The position numbers and the translations under genes are program-made. The notes below the pieces were generated by a model. It worked only from the letters and a program-made list of their open reading frames with translations. It made no database searches and was not told the DNA's origin. Below, in pieces: positions 10,698-19,168 of a stretch of DNA of 64,000 nucleotides (within the stretch, counting starts at the first letter, position 1; each line of letters opens with the position of its first letter). This stretch comes from Dolichospermum compactum NIES-806 (GTDB lineage: Bacteria; Cyanobacteriota; Cyanobacteriia; Cyanobacteriales; Nostocaceae), in contig NZ_AP018316.1 of NCBI RefSeq assembly GCF_002368115.1, forward strand, positions 305,344 through 369,343, given 5' to 3'.

Positions 10698-10964
10698 ATG
10701 GCTTGGTTTGTCAAAATTGAAACTGGTAAGGTTGAGAAACCCACCTTTGACCAATATGTACCTGCCCATAGAGCCTATGTACAAGAGTTGATTACTAAAG
10801 GACACAAAGCTAAAACAGGTTATTGGGCGCAAAAGGGTGGTGGAATGATGTTATTTGAGGCGGCATCAATGGATGAGGCACAAGCAATAGTATTGGCTGA
10901 CCCCTTGGTACAGAACGATTGTGTCAGCTACCAATTATTTGAATGGCGAATTGTTGTGGAATAA
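10698..10964 (+). CDS. YciI-like (YCII-related) small protein
   Basis: 88 aa, MAWFVKIETGKVEKP...ITKGHKAKTGYWAQKGGGMMLFEAASMDEAQAIVLADPLV..., recognised as the YciI-like fold family. Confidence 0.65.
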   Translation: MAWFVKIETGKVEKPTFDQYVPAHRAYVQELITKGHKAKTGYWAQKGGGMMLFEAASMDEAQAIVLADPLVQNDCVSYQLFEWRIVVE

Positions 10965-11123
10965 TCCACAAATTTTGAATTTTCGTGTTATGATGATGGA
11001 AGACCTGGATCTATGCAACTTCAACGCCCAAACTTTGTCAGGACCGGAAGGTAGCAGCAATAAGGGATGCTTGTGGTAGGCGTAGTCTCCGGGTCGCCTT
11101 ATTTGTAGGAGCTTTCAGCAGCA

Positions 11124-11525
11124 ATGCCTGGTTTTGGAGATATTGTACAAAAAGCTTTTTATCTTGGTGTGGGGTTAGCCTCTTACGCTGGCGAAAAAGC
11201 TGGGGGGAAGTTAGCCGAACTGCGATCGCAATTTCAAAAATTGGCAGATGAAATGGTAGCCAAAGGTGAGATGAACACGGAAGAAGCTCGCCGCTTTGTC
11301 GAAGATATGATGAAGCAAGCCCAACAGCAATCAACATCTGAACAAACGCCTGAAAAAACAGCCCCTTCTGAACCTCGTCGGATTGAAATTTTAGAGGTTG
11401 ACGAAGAACCAACTGTGAAAGAGGCGAAAAAAGAAAATAAAGAAAATGGCGATAATGTAGATGAACTACGGAATCAAGTGTTAGAACTACAGGAAGAGTT
11501 AAAACGGCTGCAACGTGAACCGTAA
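11124..11525 (+). CDS. hypothetical protein, phasin-like (helical, K/E-rich C-terminus)
   Basis: The N-terminus MPGFGDIVQKAFYLGVGLASYAGEKAGGKLAELRSQFQKLADEMVAKGE resembles proteins annotated as phasin-family in cyanobacteria. It is preferred over the antisense 164-aa ORF, which is low-complexity. Confidence 0.5.
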   Translation: MPGFGDIVQKAFYLGVGLASYAGEKAGGKLAELRSQFQKLADEMVAKGEMNTEEARRFVEDMMKQAQQQSTSEQTPEKTAPSEPRRIEILEVDEEPTVKEAKKENKENGDNVDELRNQVLELQEELKRLQREP

Positions 11526-11690
11526 AAAGCAATTTTTGATTTTGGGTATCAGAAACATTTAATTCTTTTAATTCTCAAAAAATGACGCTGTACCCAAGAT
11601 GGTTTGAGTTGCAATTACCAACCGTAAACTCCATAGCTTCCAGTCAAACGGTGTTAAGCGTCATGTTTTTAGCCTTTTAGAGTATAAGTT

Positions 11691-12113
11691 ATGGAACAGT
11701 GGCAAAAAGACTTAATAGGCATGATTGAAACCGTGACTGATGAAGTAGAGCAGTTCTTCCTAGAAATAAATGATATGGTAGACGCTTTTTTTGAGATTAC
11801 GGAAGAGATTACTGAAGAAGTACAAAACGCATTGGTGGCTGATATTGATACCTTCGCTACTTTGCACGAACAGTTTTTACAGGACTTGACCGAACCATTT
11901 TTGGAAATTTATTGGGAATTCGGGGACATTTCTGAAGATATAGATCCTGGTTTTCCTTATGCAGTAGAAGCTACACTAGAAAAAAATGCTGCTTGTATTG
12001 GTTGTAGTAACTATCACGGACAAGTTTACAGTGGTAATTTGCTAGTCTGTGGTATGCACCCTCATGGTTGGGATGATGAAAGTTGTCCAGATTGGGAAAA
12101 AGAAATTGAGTAG
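11691..12113 (+). CDS. hypothetical acidic protein with a C-terminal Cys/His cluster
   Basis: 140 aa with a strongly acidic N-terminal two-thirds. The C-terminus CIGCSNYHGQVYSGNLLVCGMHPHGWDDESCPDWE is a possible metal-binding site. Confidence 0.45.
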   Translation: MEQWQKDLIGMIETVTDEVEQFFLEINDMVDAFFEITEEITEEVQNALVADIDTFATLHEQFLQDLTEPFLEIYWEFGDISEDIDPGFPYAVEATLEKNAACIGCSNYHGQVYSGNLLVCGMHPHGWDDESCPDWEKEIE

Positions 12114-12194
12114 GTGACTCATGAAGCTGGGGAGAAATGTTAAAAACTGTTAAGTTAATAATTGTGAATCTCTGCATTTCTTTTTATTAACATA

Positions 12195-12611
12195 ATGAGT
12201 AACTTTGCACCTGAAACTGTATCTCCAGCAAGTCAAGAAATGAAATATGGTGAACGCGAAATTGCGGAGGGGAAATTAATTACATTTCCTAACCCCCGCA
12301 TTGGCAGACGCTATGACGTTAATATTACTTTACCGGAATTTACTTGTAAGTGTCCTTTTTCCGGTTATCCTGACTTTGCGACTATTTATATTACATACAT
12401 TCCCGATGAAAAGGTAGTAGAGTTGAAGGCACTCAAGCTTTATATTAACAGCTACCGCGATCGCTATATCTCCCATGAAGAAACAGCCAATCAAATTTTA
12501 GATGATCTAGTTGCAGCTTGTGATCCTTTAGCAATTACTGTGAAAACAGATTTTACCCCTCGTGGGAATGTGCATACAGTTGTTGAAGTCAGACATCAAA
12601 AAGCTGTTTAG
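12195..12611 (+). CDS. queF: NADPH-dependent 7-cyano-7-deazaguanine reductase (preQ1 synthase), type I
   Basis: EFTCKCPFSGYPDFATIYITYIPDEKVVELKALKLYINSYRD is the QueF signature, including the catalytic Cys and the E(S/L)K(S/A)hK(L/Y)(Y/F/W) motif. Confidence 0.9.
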   Translation: MSNFAPETVSPASQEMKYGEREIAEGKLITFPNPRIGRRYDVNITLPEFTCKCPFSGYPDFATIYITYIPDEKVVELKALKLYINSYRDRYISHEETANQILDDLVAACDPLAITVKTDFTPRGNVHTVVEVRHQKAV

Positions 12612-12670
12612 AGTAGGAGTCAGGAGTCAGGAACTATACTGCAAACGGCTTGATTGTTTGATTCTAAACG

Positions 12671-12875
12671 TAGGGGTAAAGCAAGAGCTTCATTGGTGTC
12701 AACTTAACGTAAAACGGGCGGTTAGAAACCGCGTCTACACAGGCAAAACCCACCTGCGTGGGTTTCAATCCTTGATTTTTCCTTAGTCCGCGCAGGCGGA
12801 CTTTGTTTGTGTAGCCGTGAATTCCATTCGCCAGGGCTTAAGTTGACACCATTAAGCTTTTGCTTTACCCCTACA
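12671..12875. repeat. MITE-like element with ~37-bp terminal inverted repeats (GTAGGGGTAAAGCAAGAGCTTCATTGGTGTCAACTTAA)
   Basis: The left arm 12671-12708 and right arm 12838-12875 are reverse complements with about two mismatches and one indel. The ~130-bp interior carries two sub-hairpins (aaacccacctgcgtgggttt and agtccgcgcaggcggact). A partial inverted copy lies at 33039-33090. Confidence 0.55.
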
Positions 12876-13075
12876 CATCTGGGTTCTTTGTCATTAGACA
12901 TCTGGTGAAAATTAAATATGCGTGACATGAAACCCCTGTAGAGAGGTTTCATGGAACGTCTCTACAATCTTTACCGGAGATGTCTATTAGCCATAACCCA
13001 ACATTATCAAGGATCTTGTTGGGTTTCGCTGTCGCTCAACCCAACCTACATTTCCTTAACCGACAAGCACCCCTA

Positions 13076-14149
13076 CTAAGTAACTAAAGCATTGCGGGGA
13101 AAACCATTTTGTTGAGCTAAGTTTTCGGCAATTAGCTGGCGATAAACGGCTTCATAACCATCAGTCATGTGCTGAACGCTAAAATTTTTGTCCACATATT
13201 CACGACAAGCGTAACGATCTAAGTTACTTATTTTGTCAAGAGAATGAATACATTCTGCCACATTATTACAAAGGAAACCTGTTTCACCATCAACAATCAC
13301 TTCTTCTGCTGAACCCATTCGCATGGCAATTACAGGTGTACCTGATGCCATTGATTCTACCATGACTAATCCAAAGGGTTCTCGCCAAGTAATGGGGAAT
13401 AAAGTTGCATAAGCACCCCCCATAAGGGCATTTTTTTGTAGATGATTGGCTTCACCTAAATATTCAATTTGTTTACCATCAATATGTGGTTTAATTTTTT
13501 GGTCAAAATATTCCAAGTCTACTAAATCTACCTTACCTGCTATTTTTAACTTCCGACCAGTTTTTTTAGCAATTTCAATTGCTAAATGTGGTCCTTTTTC
13601 TGGGGACATTCTCCCTAAAAAAGCTAAATAAGATGGTTCATTTGGTTGGGGATAAAATTCATAACTACTAACATCAATGCCATTATAAACAGTGTCTACG
13701 TAGTTTAATCCTAGCCGGGGTTCTTTTTGAGAATTAGAAATACTAATATAAGGCTGTTTTTTGCCATATTTAAAGATTTTTTCATTATCGGGAGTAAAAA
13801 TTCCATGTAAAGTGTGAACTGTAGGAGTTTTGACTAAATTGGCATAAACTAGCGCTCCTAGTCCTACATGAGAATGGATGATATCAAAATTTTCTGCTTG
13901 TTCATAAACTGAAGCTAATAGCAGCATTTCATAAATAGCCGGCTCTTTAATTGTAGGATCTAGCCTTAAAGCGCGGGGATGCACTGATACTAATTTGGCT
14001 AAACTTAAAGAATCTCCTGATGCAAATAATGTCACTTCATGTCCTCGACGGACTAGTTCATCAGTTAATAACCCCACTACTAATTCTATGCCACCATAAG
14101 CTGGTGGGGGTACTCTCTCCCACTGTGGGGAAACCTGAGCAATTTTCAT
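13076..14149 (-). CDS. glycosyltransferase family 4 protein
   Basis: 357 aa with a GT4 (GT-B) C-terminal region ...GRMSPEKGPHLAIEIAK...EPFGLVMVESMASGTPVIA..., the EX7E-type motif. Confidence 0.8.
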   Translation of the reverse strand: MKIAQVSPQWERVPPPAYGGIELVVGLLTDELVRRGHEVTLFASGDSLSLAKLVSVHPRALRLDPTIKEPAIYEMLLLASVYEQAENFDIIHSHVGLGALVYANLVKTPTVHTLHGIFTPDNEKIFKYGKKQPYISISNSQKEPRLGLNYVDTVYNGIDVSSYEFYPQPNEPSYLAFLGRMSPEKGPHLAIEIAKKTGRKLKIAGKVDLVDLEYFDQKIKPHIDGKQIEYLGEANHLQKNALMGGAYATLFPITWREPFGLVMVESMASGTPVIAMRMGSAEEVIVDGETGFLCNNVAECIHSLDKISNLDRYACREYVDKNFSVQHMTDGYEAVYRQLIAENLAQQNGFPRNALVT

Positions 14150-14440
14150 GTCAATCTCCTAAGATATCAGATTTCTATTTCTAGTTAGTTGATGAATAAA
14201 TGAAATAACTAACGCAGAAATAGCTAAAAATATAAAAACCACCCTTCTTTATGATTACTACCAAATCTTATGTTTTATATTTGATATTTTTTGTCTATCT
14301 GAGGTAATGTAAATGCCTGATACTTAAGAAATAAATTAGACAGAATATAATCATCATGGTTGTAATTTTTAACTTGACTGAGAACAAAAAAATCAGTATA
14401 GTATGACACGATAACCAAATATTTGCATTGATTAAGTAGC

Positions 14441-15244
14441 ATGAATATATACAAAAAAATAAATAAACCGCGTGTTTCATGGCAGGTGATTTTTGCACTG
14501 ATTATATTTGTGTTTATGTACTTACCTATCCTGGTACTGGCTTTTTATAGTTTTAATCAGTCTCCCTACAGTGCTACATGGCAAGGTTTCACCCTGGAAT
14601 GGTACGGAAAATTATTTAATGACGACCGGATTTTATCGGGGTTATATAATAGTTTGGTGGTGGCTTTTTGTGCTGTGGGGGTTTCTGCTGTTATGGGAAC
14701 ATTAATGGCTGTGGGGTTGGCACGTTATGACTTTCCTGGTAAGAAATTATATCAGGGAATTGCTTATTTACCGTTATTAATTCCTGATATTGCGATCGCA
14801 GTTTCTACCCTAGTATGTTTAGCAGCCTTTGCTATTCCTTTGAGTATATGGACTATTATCGCCGCCCATATCGTATTTTGTCTATCCTATGTTGGTTTGG
14901 TAGTGTCTGCGCGGATGAATAATATTAATCCCCATTTGGAAGAAGCAGCTTTAGATTTAGGTGCGACACCAACACAAGCCTTTATTTTAGTTTTATTACC
15001 TCAATTAATGCCAGGAATTATTTCTGGGTGTTTATTGGCTTTTGTATTGAGTTTGGATGATTTTTTAATTGCTAGTTTTACTGCGGGAAGTGGGACTAAT
15101 ACCTTACCAATGGAAATCTTTAGCCGCATTAGAACGGGAGTTAAACCGGATATTAATGCTTTAAGTGTGATGTTGATTTCTATGACTGCGATTGTGGCTT
15201 TGATAGGGGAATTGATTAGAACTGCGGGGGAAAGGAGAGAATAG
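14441..15244 (+). CDS. ABC transporter permease, PotC-like (spermidine/putrescine type)
   Basis: Six TM segments and an EAA-like loop (...DLGATPTQAFILVLLPQLMPG...), with PotC-like length and topology. No cognate ATPase or substrate-binding genes are adjacent. Confidence 0.7.
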   Translation: MNIYKKINKPRVSWQVIFALIIFVFMYLPILVLAFYSFNQSPYSATWQGFTLEWYGKLFNDDRILSGLYNSLVVAFCAVGVSAVMGTLMAVGLARYDFPGKKLYQGIAYLPLLIPDIAIAVSTLVCLAAFAIPLSIWTIIAAHIVFCLSYVGLVVSARMNNINPHLEEAALDLGATPTQAFILVLLPQLMPGIISGCLLAFVLSLDDFLIASFTAGSGTNTLPMEIFSRIRTGVKPDINALSVMLISMTAIVALIGELIRTAGERRE

Positions 15245-15251
15245 GGTGAAA

Positions 15252-15458
15252 TCAATTCAAAGTAGAAAAATGTTTTAAAAATTGCATAAAAGCAGGAATA
15301 TGATATTTAGCATAATTACTCTGTTCTGAGTAAAATTTAGCTATTTGCCTTAATAGTTCATCCCTAAATACCTCCTCTGTATTAGTCCAATCACTTGGTG
15401 GTTTAATGTCTTCCCAATAGTCCTCTTTAGTGTTTTTATCCTTAACTTTTTTAAGCAT
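15252..15458 (-). CDS. small hypothetical protein (68 aa)
   Basis: Coding-like composition. It lies ~95 bp downstream of the IS4 element, and before that insertion it would have sat ~100 bp downstream of the ATPase/TOPRIM-like operon. Confidence 0.3.
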   Translation of the reverse strand: MLKKVKDKNTKEDYWEDIKPPSDWTNTEEVFRDELLRQIAKFYSEQSNYAKYHIPAFMQFLKHFSTLN

Positions 15459-15554
15459 TAATAAGGCATAAATTAACTCATTCCTGCGTGTTTCATCTGA
15501 ATTTTCAAACTGTTCTTTCCAGGAATCACGTAACTTTTCTAAATCTGTACAATC

Positions 15555-16728
15555 AGAAATGTTGAATAGCGTAATAAAACTTTACATATTGAAATAAACT
15601 TAGCCTATAAGTGCTATTTTTCATCTTATCCAAATAAGTTTTCTAAACCAATGAACATAACTTATTTCCTGACACATATAGGACTGAAGATAACGGAGTT
15701 TATCTAATAAAGTTTTGCCAAATTCTTGCGGTATTTCTATTAGTTGCAATATCAAATAAGCGATTAAACAGCACATTATCTGAATTCTAATTCCATTCTC
15801 ATTCTTTGTCATAAGTCTGTCTAACTTGAGGTGCATTTTTAAGAATTTCCATAACAATTCAATTTGCCATCTTTGTATGTAAATTTCCATAATCTCTTGA
15901 TTACTAACTTGCTCTTCTCCTTCATTTAATAAGTTTGTTGCTAAACGAAATTCACTCTTAGTTTCTATATCACAAAATGCTACTACTCTAATTTCCACTT
16001 CTCTTTCATCTTTGCCAACTTTACAATTACCATTTTCTAGCATTTCTAAAGTGACATTATTTTTAATTCTTAAGACAAAAGCTTTATTTTTTTGTTGTTT
16101 TAATTCAGATATTCTTTCGGAGGATGCAAATCCTCTATCCATTATCCCTACTCCTTTTGACGGAATTGCTTCTACTGTTTCTTGTCCATATTTATGGTCA
16201 TGTCCTTGCCCAAAATGAATCACCATTCCACCAACTTCTGATGTCAAACTATCTAACCCACAAAATAGTTTTACTTGATGATATCCTTGACTCCATAATA
16301 ATTTACTTGTTAATGTAATAATTGTTGAATCTATAGGAAATAATGCTTGGGTTTCTTCCTTTCCTTTTTTCTTTCTCAGTTGATTGTTTAATTCAGTTAT
16401 TATCTCCAAAAATACTTGAGTATCTCTCTTTTTACTTGCCTTGGAAAAATTTGATATTTTTAAATCTATCCCTTGATTATTTAGTCTTTGAAATAAATCT
16501 CTCATACTCACTATACTTTTATCCATGACATACTGTAACCACACTGATACAAATGAAAATGTGTCCAGAACTGGATAATCTTTTTTGGGCAATGGTTTCA
16601 ATATTGTTTTGACCACTTCTGGGAAATTCTTTAAGCGCATAATTTGATAATTCTTTATCTATATTTTTTTAGATTGTATCAAATTATGGTACTTTTTTTT
16701 AATCTTTTCCTAACATTCAACACTTCTG
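15555..16728. mobile_element. IS4-family insertion sequence, apparently intact (single transposase ORF, imperfect 14-bp terminal inverted repeats, 10-bp target-site duplication)
   Basis: Left end agaaatgttgaat... and right end ...attcaacacttctg (reverse complement cagaagtgttgaat) match at 13 of 14 positions. The flanks carry the direct repeat CTGTACAATC at 15545-15554 and 16729-16738. Confidence 0.7.
15621..16640 (-). CDS. IS4-family DDE transposase
   Basis: 339 aa. The C-terminal ...EIMEIYIQRWQIELLWKFLKMHLKLDRL is the YxxRWxIE(x)F(K) block characteristic of IS4/IS10-type transposases. Confidence 0.85.
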   Translation of the reverse strand: MRLKNFPEVVKTILKPLPKKDYPVLDTFSFVSVWLQYVMDKSIVSMRDLFQRLNNQGIDLKISNFSKASKKRDTQVFLEIITELNNQLRKKKGKEETQALFPIDSTIITLTSKLLWSQGYHQVKLFCGLDSLTSEVGGMVIHFGQGHDHKYGQETVEAIPSKGVGIMDRGFASSERISELKQQKNKAFVLRIKNNVTLEMLENGNCKVGKDEREVEIRVVAFCDIETKSEFRLATNLLNEGEEQVSNQEIMEIYIQRWQIELLWKFLKMHLKLDRLMTKNENGIRIQIMCCLIAYLILQLIEIPQEFGKTLLDKLRYLQSYMCQEISYVHWFRKLIWIR

Positions 16729-16786
16729 CTGTACAATCTAATCCTGAACAATGACTAATGCGATTAGAAACCTTTGATAAGTTATT

Positions 16787-17404
16787 TTATAAGTCATTAC
16801 TATTAATAATAGCATTTGCCATAGTAATATAAACATCTTCAAGAATAAGTTTTTGACTATTATACATAGGAACATTAATATAATCATCAAAAACTTCTTG
16901 CAGTTCAGGTATGATGAAATATGCTTCTTTGTGAATTAATCCCGTCACCCAAATGCGATGGTTTCTGGCATTTTCCTCATTAATTTGACCTTGGTGATAA
17001 AGATTTAAGAAAATTTCTTCTGTATTAGAGAAACCGTAATTATCAATATTTTGGGACTGTAAATCTAAATCAACTATAGCAAAAAGCTTATCAGGATTTA
17101 AGTATGACTCTCTACTACCTTCTTCATGTAATTCTAAAAGCTTAAAATAAGTATCTATAACACCTGTTCTACCTTGACAATTAAAAAATTCTGGTTTGTA
17201 TGTTTTCCATGTCTTTGGAATGCATTTTATGTAAAAATCTGCATCTGGCATTTGCTTCATTTTTCCGTAATTTACTGTTGTTTCATCACTTAAATTTAAA
17301 ATACTACCTTGACCTTCACACAAAACAACAATTCTCTGTCTAATGTTTGGATTTCCCAGAATTTCGTTACAATGTTGCATTAGTTTTTTTTGATAAGTAT
17401 TCAT
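16787..17404 (-). CDS. TOPRIM-like small protein (DUF4276/RloB-like), predicted nuclease partner of the upstream ATPase
   Basis: 205 aa. It has a beta-strand-like RIVVLCEGQGS with a conserved Glu (~E30) and, about 80 aa later, FAIVDLDLQ (D112-x-D114). This is the E ... DxD spacing of TOPRIM domains. Its start codon overlaps the ATPase stop (ATGA). Confidence 0.55.
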   Translation of the reverse strand: MNTYQKKLMQHCNEILGNPNIRQRIVVLCEGQGSILNLSDETTVNYGKMKQMPDADFYIKCIPKTWKTYKPEFFNCQGRTGVIDTYFKLLELHEEGSRESYLNPDKLFAIVDLDLQSQNIDNYGFSNTEEIFLNLYHQGQINEENARNHRIWVTGLIHKEAYFIIPELQEVFDDYINVPMYNSQKLILEDVYITMANAIINSNDL

Positions 17405-18864
17405 AGTGGAATATTATTATCTGATTTGATAAGCTTTGGTTTTAGTTCCCTGACATGAGCCGGTGTAAGCGCTCGACATAATTGATAAGAATGAGTTGCT
17501 AAAATATATTGATTACTAGGAGACCATTCTTCTAAATCTCTAATTATTTCATATTGCCAATCTGGATGAAATCCTATTTCAATTTCATCCATGAGAACAA
17601 TAGCATCTTCGATTTTATTATACTTTATCCATAAGTAAATGCTCAATCTTTTTAATTCACCATGACTTAAATCTTCAGGATAAAGTTTAATATTTTCATC
17701 ATTTGTGTCTAACTGGAAGATGATTGTGGATAAATCTGTAGAAATATTTACTTTTTTATAAACCAAGAATGAATTCAAATCATCTAATAATGCTTTATAT
17801 CGCTTACCATACTCACCTTCAGTTTTTATAGCATCTCTGTAATCTTCATTTATAGCATTTGTGAATACTGTAATCATCGGTTGAGCAAAATCATAAGTAA
17901 AAAATCCTGGTAGTTTCAATTTAGACATTTTTAATTCTGAATCATAATTTTTATCACCATTTTGTTCAAAGAATCGTCTTCTGTATTCGTGATGAGTAAA
18001 TAGAAAAACTTGACTAATAGGAGCAGCTAAGAATACTTTATTTGATATTTCATCTAACCAGGCTTCTGCTTTATTGATATCTAAATTATCACCAATTTGG
18101 CATAATACAAATTCATTTTCTTCAGTATTAATTCCTGAAGAATAATTACATATATATATAATGTTTTTTTCATGCAAGTATGTGGATATTTTTTGCAATA
18201 CAATATCTATTTTTTCTTTTTCCTGCGAAAGTTCATCAAGATTTAGTTGATATGAATCAAGCATTTCTTCAACTTCTTCTTTAAAATCTGCAACTGGCAA
18301 TCTTCTTATTCTAGAGGATATTATATTATTATAGAATAATTCACGCATTACTTGTTGGAATCGTCTGTGCTTAATATCATCATTTTCTAGCTTTTCATGA
18401 ATTTCTAATTTATTAATTGCTTTTTCTAGTTGTTCAATATCTTGTTCTGTTTTATAAATATTCTTAGTGATATTTTCTAGTTTTTCAAAATTAGATAATT
18501 TCCAGTCTTCATTGTTTTTGTATTTATGATCTTGTTTTAATATATTTTCGATATAAGTGTTATGACAAGCTAGAAATTTAATTTCAACTTCTTTTTCACC
18601 ATCCCAAATTTTGATGATAGCTAATACTCTATCACTAGAGTCATCATTAAGTGTAAAGCCATGTAGTAAATTCTTTATAAAAATTTTTCTTTCTGGATTT
18701 GTGCAGCAATGTAATAACACAAAAACTAATTGTAAAAGTGTACTTTTACCACCTCCATTGAGGCTTCCTAAAGGAAAGATATTAGGGACAAACTTTCTAT
18801 CAAACTTAATATCAACATCTTTCAAAACGCGGAAATCGGGTACTTGAACTTGTAGTAACTTCAT
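17401..18864 (-). CDS. ABC-type (AAA_21/SMC-like) ATPase with a coiled-coil insertion
   Basis: Walker A FPLGSLNGGGKSTLLQLV (K~40), then a long K/E-rich helical insertion. The C-terminal region has an ABC signature-like LSHGELKRL, Walker B AIVLMDEIEIGFHP and an H-loop ILATHS. This is the OLD/AriA/GajA-type ATPase architecture. Confidence 0.75.
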   Translation of the reverse strand: MKLLQVQVPDFRVLKDVDIKFDRKFVPNIFPLGSLNGGGKSTLLQLVFVLLHCCTNPERKIFIKNLLHGFTLNDDSSDRVLAIIKIWDGEKEVEIKFLACHNTYIENILKQDHKYKNNEDWKLSNFEKLENITKNIYKTEQDIEQLEKAINKLEIHEKLENDDIKHRRFQQVMRELFYNNIISSRIRRLPVADFKEEVEEMLDSYQLNLDELSQEKEKIDIVLQKISTYLHEKNIIYICNYSSGINTEENEFVLCQIGDNLDINKAEAWLDEISNKVFLAAPISQVFLFTHHEYRRRFFEQNGDKNYDSELKMSKLKLPGFFTYDFAQPMITVFTNAINEDYRDAIKTEGEYGKRYKALLDDLNSFLVYKKVNISTDLSTIIFQLDTNDENIKLYPEDLSHGELKRLSIYLWIKYNKIEDAIVLMDEIEIGFHPDWQYEIIRDLEEWSPSNQYILATHSYQLCRALTPAHVRELKPKLIKSDNNIPL

Positions 18865-19168
18865 GTGAATTTTCTTCCTTGAGAAATATTACATATTGGA
18901 ATTATACCGTTAACACTGAATCACGGCTAACCTAATCATAATTCATTTAGGGTGGGCATTACCCATCACTAGACTTTACAATATTTTACACCTTAAACTT
19001 AACCGTGATCAGCTTCATGGCTGCTTCGACATCTTCTAAAGGCATAAATTTGGAAATAACCTGCACCCACAGAGTAAAATCTGATTAATATGTCTTGCTT
19101 AAAAAATCCCATATACTGTATTTGTGCTAGTGTAACTTTTAATTACTCCCTGTTTTTCGCTTTCTCAA

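Noticed and set aside
11038-11532. 164-aa minus-strand ORF fully overlapping the phasin-like + strand gene
   Set aside because: It is low-complexity, Leu/Arg/Pro-rich and antisense to an ORF with a recognisable conserved N-terminus. It looks like a typical shadow ORF.
12114-12194. preQ1 riboswitch upstream of queF
   Set aside because: No recognisable preQ1-I/II aptamer-like stem-loop or conserved core was found in the 80-bp leader.
12722-12952. 76-aa minus-strand ORF downstream of queF
   Set aside because: It lies entirely within the long-TIR repeat element, which is stem-loop sequence and not coding-like.
14295-14705. Small ORFs (67 and 65 aa) around the start of the PotC-like gene
   Set aside because: One is an AT-rich antisense ORF in the promoter region. 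The other is an alternative frame inside the permease gene.
15252-15584. Idea that the IS4 element truncated the 68-aa ORF (N-terminal part lost)
   Set aside because: Reading the minus strand upstream of the ATG reaches an in-frame stop with no alternative start. That holds both in the present sequence and in the reconstructed pre-insertion sequence, so the ORF is intact and the IS is intergenic.
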